Source: an uncultured Acidobacteriaceae bacterium (GTDB taxonomy: Bacteria; Acidobacteriota; Terriglobia; Terriglobales; Acidobacteriaceae). From it: a DNA stretch of 64,000 nucleotides. Below are positions 29,523 through 38,071 of the stretch, in pieces; position 1 is the stretch's first letter; each line of letters begins with the position of its first letter. The stretch covers positions 27,485 through 91,484 of the forward strand of contig CAWGCH010000001.1 in the NCBI GenBank assembly GCA_963821115.1, read 5' to 3'. The translations under genes were made by a program, and so were the position numbers. The notes under the pieces were generated by a model that made no database searches, was not told the DNA's origin, and saw only the letters and a program-made list of their open reading frames with translations.

Positions 29523-31478
29523 TCAGCGCAGAAACGGTGATCGACCAAAGCAAGATGGATACGCTTGGCAAAGAAGAAAAACTGCGGACCAGGCAACAAT
29601 TATCGGCTGACGCGGCCGCCAGTTCTTAAGTTGGTCATCTGTGATCTGCCGCAACACTTTGATCGGCGCATTGCGAAATTGATGCTCCCCTGAAATCACA
29701 AGAGGGAAGGACTCGGTAAGTGCTAGTTGATTCTCCATGTTTCCCAAGAACACTGTAAGTGCGTCAATATCACGTTCATATCCCGGACGCTTTCTGTCAT
29801 CCGTGCCCCGAAGCTTTTCGAGTTCGGCCATGGCGTTGGTGCATTCGCTCACAACAGCAACAACCGCGCCAAGGCGGAACTGTATTGTCTCAACACTCCC
29901 TCGGACCGCATATGAAACGCTCAACCCGTCTTTCGGACCTGGAACACAGCGATGCCCTCCATCGGCGGTTCTGAAGTATATATCCAACCCGGCAGATCTA
30001 ATCATCGGCGGGGCAACAGGAAGACCAATCCTCTCGATGTCTCTTGAAAGGGCCTGCTGAACGTCGTGGCAGAATGGCATTCGAAGGCGCCGTCGCCTTT
30101 GGAATCCATCCCGCTTCAGTCCTCGAAGCTCGCCCGCTGGCACGGTAGCGAACCTCTTGAGCTTCCAAACGATGCGATGGTTCTTTCCCTCAATCTCGAC
30201 GAACTCGGTAGAGGTGGCTTCGTCGGAAACTGGGACAGGATGCTGCTGTAGTTCTCCGGGAACCAGCAGTACAGGCTGTTCAGGAACGAAGGGCCGCTCG
30301 GATTCTGGCTCGGGAGCATACAGCAGATCGCATTCTGCTGTGGCAATCATGCGGACCGCGCCGTCATCGCGGAAAAAGAGATCGCCGCAATGCGCGTCGG
30401 GAGGGGCATTATCGCCGAGACGCATACGTTCGCGTTCAGACAGACGGGGATGTGTGCCAAGATCCTCGACCGATTCTGATACAACATTTTGGTAAAGACC
30501 GACAAAATCAGGAGAGGGAGCAGACAGGGCGTCTGGAATATGTGAAAACACCATCGCATCGACTACTTTGCGGCCTTCCGGATTACTGCGTCCGAGTAGA
30601 TGGGAGAAGTACATGCCAAACAGCCAAAGCACATAATCTCCCAATGGCTGCCCCTCTCCTTGCAGGCTCATTTTCTGTATGTACGCGTAATCCTCAAGAG
30701 AAAGCCCTCTGATCTTCTTCTGGAAATCTGCCGCAATGCCATGGATCGCGCCGTCATAGCGCTCCACGAACTGCTGAATCTTCCGGCCTTCTTCGATGGA
30801 GCGAACCATGAGAGCAAGCTTGAGGACCAAAGTATTGCGTTCTTGCAGGTCTGTCTTTGGGATGAAATGAAACATGCCACCAATGATTTTGGCGGTATCG
30901 CGAAACAGCGATCGGTTTTCCGGCTTAATGTCACTTACATTGGACATCAGCACGACATACGGTTTCGGGCGCTGGGTATAACTGAGCTGGAGATTCTCCC
31001 CAATCGATTGGGCGATGGGCAATGATGACTCAAGGCCGCCAGGATCGAGGTAATAATCCAGGAAAATGAGATCCGGCAAAGCGGCAAGATCCAATGGAGT
31101 GAGCGGGGCAAGCTCATGAGGGACAATGCCAAGTTCGGCGAGAAGCTCCCTCAAGGCTTTCAACTGTTCGCGTTTGTGCGCCTGGATTTCATCAAACGAG
31201 CTGAGGATTGCGTGTACACTCGCGCTTTCGCCTCTGAGTTCATATAAGCTTCTTAGTCGCTCCTCGTTGATGTCTTCGGGCGCGGTAATTGAAAAACCGC
31301 GGCGACCAAGAAAGTCGAGCGCTTCGTCCGACGCTTCAATAGCTGCCCATAACGATTTAAGGCCATCAATAGCTCGCAGATCCGCGACAGTAGGGTGCTC
31401 AAGATAGGCGTCATCGATAATTGCGACTATCCTGATTCCGTGTTCCCGGAACAGACCTCTTAACTGATCAATGCTCAT
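29523..31478 (-). CDS. Large response-regulator-like protein (N-terminal receiver plus unknown C-terminal region)
   Basis: VAIIDD, DLIFLDYYL (phosphoacceptor Asp), VVLMS and FIPK; C-terminal GDLF...ATAECDL motif; overlaps the kinase stop. The last ~20 aa may be read-through across a deletion junction. Confidence 0.7.
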   Translation of the reverse strand: MSIDQLRGLFREHGIRIVAIIDDAYLEHPTVADLRAIDGLKSLWAAIEASDEALDFLGRRGFSITAPEDINEERLRSLYELRGESASVHAILSSFDEIQAHKREQLKALRELLAELGIVPHELAPLTPLDLAALPDLIFLDYYLDPGGLESSLPIAQSIGENLQLSYTQRPKPYVVLMSNVSDIKPENRSLFRDTAKIIGGMFHFIPKTDLQERNTLVLKLALMVRSIEEGRKIQQFVERYDGAIHGIAADFQKKIRGLSLEDYAYIQKMSLQGEGQPLGDYVLWLFGMYFSHLLGRSNPEGRKVVDAMVFSHIPDALSAPSPDFVGLYQNVVSESVEDLGTHPRLSERERMRLGDNAPPDAHCGDLFFRDDGAVRMIATAECDLLYAPEPESERPFVPEQPVLLVPGELQQHPVPVSDEATSTEFVEIEGKNHRIVWKLKRFATVPAGELRGLKRDGFQRRRRLRMPFCHDVQQALSRDIERIGLPVAPPMIRSAGLDIYFRTADGGHRCVPGPKDGLSVSYAVRGSVETIQFRLGAVVAVVSECTNAMAELEKLRGTDDRKRPGYERDIDALTVFLGNMENQLALTESFPLVISGEHQFRNAPIKVLRQITDDQLKNWRPRQPIIVAWSAVFLLCQAYPSCFGRSPFLR

Positions 31479-33160
31479 TTTCGGGCAACTCCAGAATGAA
31501 CGTGCTTAGCCGGTTGGGATAGCTTGCCGATCGCGCATCAGAGAGGAACAGGCGCGCTCCGTGGTACTTGGCGATCTCCTGCGAAATGTATAGTCCCAGA
31601 CCTTTTCCTTCCCGTGCCGGCTTCGTGCTGACGAACGGATAAAAGATCTCGTCACGGCGATCCGGTTCAACGCCCGGTCCGTTGTCGCTGAAGGACAACA
31701 TTCGCTTGTCCGTATCGATTGAAATCGCAATAATCGGCTCGAAACCGGGGTTGGTGCGTTTCTCGCGCTTTAGCCAATACACCGAATTGCTCAAAAGATT
31801 TTCAACAATCTGGGCAATCATGCCTCGAACGGCCTTTACCCAGAGTTCGCCACGCCCCGGAACCGCCTTGACGCTGACCCCGATGCCGTGTCGTTCAAAC
31901 TGGGCCGAATGGGAGCCAAGGATCTCTCGTACCCAAGCGCCCAGCTCGAACCGTTCTTTGACCTGCCGACCCGCAGTGCTGAGCGGATCTAAGATCCGCA
32001 GGCGCTTTTGCAAGGTCTTGAGCTGACTTTCGAGATTCCTGAAGGCGGTCCGAACCTCGGTTGGGGCAGTGTTCAAGTCAGTTCCGGACAGCACTCCCAG
32101 AGCGTGTTGCGTTGCACGGTTGAGTTCATGCGCAACCACCTCGACCATCAGGCCAACGCCCGCCAGATGTACGAGTTGCGACTGGCGATTCTCATAGGTC
32201 GCTGCCAAGAGTTTGCCTTGTGCGATGAGTTCGTTGAGCTGGCTCGAAAGGTCGAAAATGGTGTCGGCCAATCGCCGCTCGGCTGGATACTTTTTCGCAA
32301 ATGTAGCGAGTGTTTTCCGGAGCTCCTCCTCAGTTTCGCTCGCACGCTCCTCCAAGGCTTCGAAGCTTTGGCGTTCCTGTTCCTTGAGGGTCGCGTCAAT
32401 GCGGTCCAAGAACGTCCGGAAACTTGTGAGGATACTCTGCAGTATCGCCACTAGAGCGAGTTTTTCTGGGGTATCGCGGAGTCCCTCGCGGCTTGTCTGG
32501 TCCAACAGGCAGGGATTCGACCTGCGACCGATATCCACTTTGCCTATGATCTGTTTTCGGTTTACCTTGTAGCCCTTGGCTCGGAAAGCCGTGGGATCCA
32601 GTTGGAGCCAATCGTCGCTTGGCCCTCCGTAGGGATGAACCCGGAAGCCGTCTCGATACAGCATGAGGCCGCCGCCCCACTGATCCACTAACCGACGCAC
32701 CTGTTCGATATCGCCGATTCCTTCAATCGCGCGCAGGCGCTGCCGATTGAACCAATACAAACGGACGGAAAATCCCCCAAGCCGTTGGAGCTGATAGGGC
32801 GATTGTAGGCCGGCAAGATTCAGCAGATGGTCTTCCTCTATGTGAATTGCCGAACTCTTCTGCCGCAGTCGGTAATTCATCGTCCCGGTCAACTGAAAAG
32901 TGCCGGCGGCGTTCTTGGTTACCTGTGCCTCCAGGTCAGCATCGGCATGCTCGAAGAGGAGGGTGCTGATCGGCGGGACGGCGATGAGCTCGCCGTTGAA
33001 ACGGAGGGTGATCCTGAAGCGCTTGTCGAGAGAGAATGGATCATTGAGCCGCGCGAGCTCGCTTTCTGCCACTTCTTCAAGCGTCTCTTTGGTCCACTCG
33101 CCGCTTAGAGCCGATATATGTATAACCGTCCCATGTATTGATCGCTCCGATTTCCTTTTC
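31468..33160 (-). pseudogene. 5'-truncated MORC/GHKL-S5 plus histidine kinase fusion gene
   Basis: Starts at HGTVIHISAL..W (end of a GHKL domain); LYRDGFRVHPYG; coiled coil; H box AHELN, N box ENLLSNS, DNGPG, PFVSTK and GKGLGL. The first ~21 codons of the called ORF (to 33225) are antisense to the desulfurase fragment. Confidence 0.8.
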
Positions 33161-33162
33161 CC

Positions 33163-33477
33163 CCTATTCGCGTTAATGGTTCGCCGAACCATCGTCTTCC
33201 CGGCAACCTCAATGTCACGTTCCACGGGGTCGACGGCGAATCGATAATGACGGCCCTAGGAGACGTTGCGATTTCTAGTGGGTCTGCCTGCACCTCAGCG
33301 TCGATCGAACCGTCACACGTCCTCCGAGCAATCGGTCTAGACCATGAGGCCGCACACAGCTCGCTTCGAATCAGTCTGGGGCGTTTCAATACGCAAGAAG
33401 AGATCGATTACGCCGCCGACCGTCTAATCGACGTTGTACGTATGCTCCGCAACGTTTCATCTGCTGCACAGGGCTGA
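33163..33477 (+). pseudogene. C-terminal fragment of a cysteine desulfurase (IscS/DndA/SspA-like)
   Basis: PIRVNGSPNHRLPGNLNVTF...AISSGSACTSASIEPSHVLRAIG...SLRISLGRFNT, including the catalytic SSGSAC loop; the PLP-binding N-terminal part is absent. Confidence 0.9.
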
Positions 33478-33598
33478 CATTCGCCCGATCTGGCCACTAT
33501 GAAGCAGGGTCAATCCACGACCCCAGTAGAAGAAACGCTTCGCAGCTTTTCGAAAACAGCCGAACAGTCCATTTCTCCGACGTGTTTTTGGGGTAATG

Positions 33599-33627
33599 TT
33601 GACACAAGTGTCACACATGACTAAAAT
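33599..33627 (+). promoter_or_regulatory. Near-consensus sigma70 promoter with a palindromic operator over the -35 box
   Basis: TTGACA-17 bp-TAAAAT; palindrome TGACAC-AA-GTGTCA at 33600-33613. Confidence 0.75.
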
Positions 33628-33661
33628 GTCTAGTGGTGGCGGAAAGCGATGAGGAAACGAA

Positions 33662-34231
33662 GTGATTCCACCCTTTCAGCCAGACGGGCTCTTGCCAGCG
33701 GGCGACTATGAGGTTTCCTTCGACGAATTGCGAAGCTCGGTTTTGGTTCATGGGCCGACCGGAAGTTCTGATCAAGAGTTGTGGGATCGCAGTTGGCGCC
33801 GGCAACTGGTCGATAACCTCGAAGTGCTCACCAAGGAGCTCTGGCAGGTTGGCATTCGTGATGTCTTTGCGGACGGGTCATTTGCCGAGGATAAGGACCA
33901 TCCGAACGACATCGATGGGTATTTTGTCTGCGGGCTGAGAGAATTGGCTTCAGGTGATTTGACGCGGCAATTGAATTTGCTCGACCCGTTCAAGATCTGG
34001 ACGTGGGATCCACTCACGCGAAAGCCCTATCGGGGATACCCGAAAAAGCAGCTTCCGATGTGGCATCGCTACCGAATCGAGCTCTATCCTCATGTGCCGG
34101 GGCTCGGCTTGGGGTCCGGAATCCTGGACAAGTGGGGTAACGAACTGGAATTTCCTTCCGCGTTCCGCCAGTCCCGCCGCGATGGAACGCCGCGGGGCAT
34201 TGTCAAAATCAAATACGGAGGGCTCTTATGA
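33662..34231 (+). CDS. Pol-beta-superfamily nucleotidyltransferase-like protein (DUF6932-like), putative toxin
   Basis: IPPF...GLLPAGDY, ADGSF..K..PNDID (GS...DxD) and C-terminal RDGTPRGIV motifs. Confidence 0.7.
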   Translation: MIPPFQPDGLLPAGDYEVSFDELRSSVLVHGPTGSSDQELWDRSWRRQLVDNLEVLTKELWQVGIRDVFADGSFAEDKDHPNDIDGYFVCGLRELASGDLTRQLNLLDPFKIWTWDPLTRKPYRGYPKKQLPMWHRYRIELYPHVPGLGLGSGILDKWGNELEFPSAFRQSRRDGTPRGIVKIKYGGLL

Positions 34232-34674
34232 TCCGGAACGAAGCTGAGTATCAGAATGCTGCTGTGCGCCTGAAGGAAGAACAGACCAGGCTTGCCGAAC
34301 ATCGTGCGCGTTTGGCAGCCACAGGAATGTCCGAAGTGGAGGTCAAGCGCGTCATCGATCCGATCGAATCCTTCCATCTGCAGCTGAAGGAAGAAGTGGA
34401 AAGCTACGAGCGACTGAAACGGGGCGAGTTCGACGAGTTGGAGAATCTTCGCGGCCTCGGGCATCTTCTCATCGCGCTGCGCATTGCGCAGGGCGTGTCT
34501 CAGCGGGAACTGGCCAAGAGACTTGAAGTGCACGAGTCCCAGATTTCGCGAGACGAACGCAACGAATACTTTGGGATTACCCTCGAACGTGCGATTAAAA
34601 TTCTGGATGCGCTGAACGTCCGTCTGCGGACGAAGGTGGAAGTAGAGCCCGAGCGTGAAATGGCTGCGGTGTGA
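34228..34674 (+). CDS. XRE/HTH_3 transcriptional regulator (HigA-like putative antitoxin)
   Basis: MIRNEAEY N-terminus; LRIAQGVSQRELAKRLEVHESQISRDE HTH; ATGA overlap with the upstream gene. Confidence 0.85.
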   Translation: MIRNEAEYQNAAVRLKEEQTRLAEHRARLAATGMSEVEVKRVIDPIESFHLQLKEEVESYERLKRGEFDELENLRGLGHLLIALRIAQGVSQRELAKRLEVHESQISRDERNEYFGITLERAIKILDALNVRLRTKVEVEPEREMAAV

Positions 34675-34882
34675 TCGGGGACATTCGAATGTCTTTGTTG
34701 CGAAAGATCTCGGGGCTGACTCCGCACAATCAGGGCTGGGGCGTAGCCATGGTCCAGCCGGAGGGCTTCGGCGTGCCCGCGGACGATCGCGGAGCATTTT
34801 GGTTGTGGACTACGGCTGCTGGGATTCGGTCCGATGCATTCCGGTTCTCAGCGATTCGTTAATGCTACGGTTTAGGTTGCGG

Positions 34883-34927
34883 CTTTCACGGCGATAACAC
34901 GGGTTCGAATCCCGTCGGGGACGCCAA
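34883..34927 (+). repeat. attR core (displaced tRNA-Glu 3' half)
   Basis: CTTTCACGGCGATAACACGGGTTCGAATCCCGTCGGGGACGCCAA; no tRNA 5' half upstream. Confidence 0.93.
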
Positions 34928-35139
34928 TTCAATAAAATTAGCGATGACGAGCGCAACCGGCGGTCTGTCCCCCCTGGGAGGGCCAGATGACGGAACGCCG
35001 CATGGCCCTCCACTCCCGGAAATTTCGAAGTCGACTAAATCCCAGAATTCAGGGCTAAGATCTCAAAAAATCGGGACGAGCGCTTCGCGCATCTTCGTCT
35101 TGCATCCGGCTCCTTCGTGGTAGCGTAAGAGCACTGAAA

Positions 35140-35877
35140 ATGAAGGGCTATTTGTCGAGACTAAGATTTTATCGAGTGCGCCGCGGTCGCGAGCTCCGGC
35201 GTCGACGAGTGGCTCCCGCCTTGATCGGTGTGCTCGCGGCCGTGGGTGTTCCAGCGTGCTTATCTTCCCACGCGCGCGCTCAGCAAACTGAGACTTCATC
35301 GACGCCGGTTGTGGTACAGCCGGGAGCACCAGGGACGTCGAGCAAGGTCCTGCCCCTGTCAACGAGGCCGAGCCTGCCGCCGCTTTCGCCAAAAGATGTC
35401 GAGTTCATGCAGGGCATGATCATGCACCATTCACAGGCCGTGGAGATGACGGCGCTGATCGTGTCGCACACGGAGAACAAGGGAGTCCGGTCCCTGGGTG
35501 CAAAGATCAGCAGCTCACAGTCAGACGAGATCAGGTTTATGCAGCGATGGCTGGCGGCGCGCGGACAACCGATTTCGATGGAAATGCCGGGGATGGCGGG
35601 TATGGATATGTCGGGCCACCCCATGGCCCCGATGCCGGGAATGCTGACGCCGGAACAGATGGAAGCCCTGCGGAAGGCGAGGGGTGCGGAGTTTGACTAC
35701 CTGTTTTTGACAGGGATGATCCAGCATCACAATGGGGCCCTGGTGATGGTGAAGGATTTGTTCGACACGGCAGGCGCGGGACAGGACGCCGATCTGTTCA
35801 ACTTCGCGACGGACGCCGACAATACGCAACGGGCCGAGATAAGAATTATGCAGAACATGTTAAAGGAGAAACATTGA
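35140..35877 (+). CDS. DUF305 ferritin-like domain protein, secreted (start uncertain)
   Basis: Duplicated FMQGMIMHHSQAVEM / FLTGMIQHHNGALVM and Q..EI..MQ motifs; Met-rich linker. Confidence 0.85.
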   Translation: MKGYLSRLRFYRVRRGRELRRRRVAPALIGVLAAVGVPACLSSHARAQQTETSSTPVVVQPGAPGTSSKVLPLSTRPSLPPLSPKDVEFMQGMIMHHSQAVEMTALIVSHTENKGVRSLGAKISSSQSDEIRFMQRWLAARGQPISMEMPGMAGMDMSGHPMAPMPGMLTPEQMEALRKARGAEFDYLFLTGMIQHHNGALVMVKDLFDTAGAGQDADLFNFATDADNTQRAEIRIMQNMLKEKH

Positions 35878-37901
35878 TCCGATCGAAGAACGTTGTTTTC
35901 CGTTTGGCCGGTGTGACGGCGATTGTTCTGTGTTCCAACATGGGCCGCGTGCAGGCGCAGACATCCGCCCCCTCGCAGCCAGCACCCGCGGCACAAGCGC
36001 CCGCAGCAGCCAAGGGGCCTGAGCTAGAAAAGAACCCGTTTGCGCCGCAGCCCGCTCCGCCGCTGCCGCCAGGAATGACAGGGTCGGACACCAACGATCC
36101 TCGCTTCAAGCTGAAGCCGGGATTGTATGACGCGGGCGAGGCGGCGATGGGCATGAAACATATCGCATTTTTGAAGAAGCCCGATGCATTTCAGATCATG
36201 GCCACCTCTCCCGACGATCCGACGGTGCAAAAGACGCTTGCCCAACTAGGTGTCGGCGACCCGTCAAGGATGCCGAAGCCCATGCAAATGGTGATCGCTC
36301 AACTTGCGTTTGCAAACTCGGACTTTGCGTTCGAGGGGAGCCGCCTGTTTCAGGGAAACTTCTACGGCATCAATATCTATGACATCTCCAATCCCGCGAA
36401 AACGGCGCTGTTGACCTCGCTGGTATGTCCCGGCGGCCAGGGCGACGTATCGGTGTACAAAAACCTGCTTTTCATGTCCGTGGAGATGCCGAATGGACGC
36501 CTGGATTGCGGCGCGCAGGGGTTTCCGCCGGAACCTCCGCCGGCTGCGGGGCATGAAAAGGAACGCCGTTTACCCGTGGCGCAAAAAGAGCGTTTTCGCG
36601 GCGTGAGGATCTTCGACATTTCGGACATCAGGAATCCGAAACAGGTGGCTGCGGTGCAGACCTGTCGGGGCTCGCACACCCACACTCTGGTGGTGGATCC
36701 TAATGATAAGGACAATGTCTATATCTATGTGTCGGGAACATCCTTTGTGCGTCAGCCGGAAGAGTTGGCTGGATGCTCGGGCGGCGCTCCGGACAAGGAC
36801 CCCAACACCGCGCTATTTCGCATCGAGGTGATTAAGGTTCCCTTGGCGGCTCCGCAGGAGGCAAAAGTGGTGTCGAGCCCGCGGGTGTTCGTCGATCCAC
36901 GAACGGGTGCGTTGAACGGCCTCAACAATGGTGGAAGCCATGACAAAGGCGCGGAGAAGCCGGCGGACACGAACCAGTGCCACGATATTACGGTGTACTC
37001 GGCGATAGGGCTTGCTGCGGGCGCGTGCTCCGGCAACGGGATTCTGTTGGACATCAGAGATCCTGTGCATCCCAAGCGCGTAGATGCGGTGAATGACCCG
37101 AATTACTCCTACTGGCATTCGGCATCGTTCTCGAACGATGGGTCGAAGGTGGTGTACACCGATGAGTGGGGTGGTGGGCTGGGAGCGCGCTGCCGTCCGA
37201 CCGATCCGAACAAGTGGGGCGCTGACGCGATCTTCAACCTGAAGGACGATAAGCTGAGCCTGGCTAGCTACTACAAGCTGCCGGCAGCACAGGGAGATAC
37301 CGAGAACTGCGTGGCGCATAACGGTTCTCTGATCCCGGTTCCGGGGCGCGACATCGAAGTGCAAGCCTGGTATCAAGGCGGCATTTCGGTCATGGACTTT
37401 ACCGACCCGGCGCACCCCTTCGAGATTGCGTACTTCGATCGCGGACCGATCGATCCAAAGACGCTGGTGTTGGGCGGCGACTGGTCGGCGTATTGGTACA
37501 ACGGCGCAATCTACGGCTCGGAGATTGCACGAGGGCTGGATGTCTTCGAACTGGCACCGACGAAGTTTCTGACACAGAACGAAATCGACGCGGCGAAGAC
37601 GGTGCGCGTGGCGGAGTTAAATGTACAGAACCAGCAGAAGATCGAGTGGCCCGCGCAGTTGGTAGTGGCAAAGGCATACGTCGATCAATTGGCTCGGTCG
37701 CAGGCTTTGCCGGCAAAACGAATCGCCTCGTTAAGGAAAGCGATTCGCGGTGCGGAGAAGTCGCAAATGAGCGACAGCGCGTTGGCAAAGCTGAAGGCGG
37801 CCACACGATTTCTGGAAGAAAGCGCCACCACAGCGAAGAGTCAAGCTGACTCAGCGCGCCTGCGCTCTTTGGCAGATATCCTTCAGCATCCCGTGGCATA
37901 A
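35874..37901 (+). CDS. LVIVD-repeat beta-propeller protein, secreted
   Basis: IYDISNP, IFDISDIRNP, LLDIRDP and VMDFTDP repeats; CPGGQGD, CRGSHTHT, QCHD and CVAHNG motifs. Confidence 0.8.
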   Translation: MIRSKNVVFRLAGVTAIVLCSNMGRVQAQTSAPSQPAPAAQAPAAAKGPELEKNPFAPQPAPPLPPGMTGSDTNDPRFKLKPGLYDAGEAAMGMKHIAFLKKPDAFQIMATSPDDPTVQKTLAQLGVGDPSRMPKPMQMVIAQLAFANSDFAFEGSRLFQGNFYGINIYDISNPAKTALLTSLVCPGGQGDVSVYKNLLFMSVEMPNGRLDCGAQGFPPEPPPAAGHEKERRLPVAQKERFRGVRIFDISDIRNPKQVAAVQTCRGSHTHTLVVDPNDKDNVYIYVSGTSFVRQPEELAGCSGGAPDKDPNTALFRIEVIKVPLAAPQEAKVVSSPRVFVDPRTGALNGLNNGGSHDKGAEKPADTNQCHDITVYSAIGLAAGACSGNGILLDIRDPVHPKRVDAVNDPNYSYWHSASFSNDGSKVVYTDEWGGGLGARCRPTDPNKWGADAIFNLKDDKLSLASYYKLPAAQGDTENCVAHNGSLIPVPGRDIEVQAWYQGGISVMDFTDPAHPFEIAYFDRGPIDPKTLVLGGDWSAYWYNGAIYGSEIARGLDVFELAPTKFLTQNEIDAAKTVRVAELNVQNQQKIEWPAQLVVAKAYVDQLARSQALPAKRIASLRKAIRGAEKSQMSDSALAKLKAATRFLEESATTAKSQADSARLRSLADILQHPVA

Positions 37902-37921
37902 TCACGGGCCGGATGTGACGG

Positions 37922-37959
37922 AGCCCCGCTCGGACATCCACGAGTGGGGTTTTCTATTT
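37922..37959 (+). terminator. Probable rho-independent terminator
   Basis: AGCCCCGCTCG-N8-CGAGTGGGGTT followed by TTCTATTT. Confidence 0.55.
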
Positions 37960-38071
37960 CGGCATGCGACCCACAACTGAGTACCGGCTCGCGTGCCAAC
38001 CCGACTTATGAACGTGATTCGTGTGGTCTCGCCGCAGCGGGTCCCGGGTGCGGATCGGGCGCAACGATCAC

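Larger units (their letters stand above)
22926..34927. mobile_element. ~12 kb integrative element (internally deleted ICE/IME-like island) in tRNA-Glu
   Basis: Flanked by a 45-bp direct repeat of the tRNA 3' half; integrase and Xis at the left end; T4SS-like genes and defence-like cargo inside. Confidence 0.9.

Noticed and set aside
33161-33225. Called start of the 585-aa kinase ORF
   Set aside because: These codons are the antisense of the cysteine desulfurase fragment, so the start is fortuitous.
34883-34927. Second tRNA-Glu gene
   Set aside because: Only the 3' half from the anticodon loop is present; there is no acceptor 5' strand or D arm. It is attR.
22926-34927. Prophage interpretation of the island
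   Set aside because: No recognisable terminase, portal, capsid, tail or holin. The SLT has a signal peptide and sits with VirB9/VirB10-like genes.
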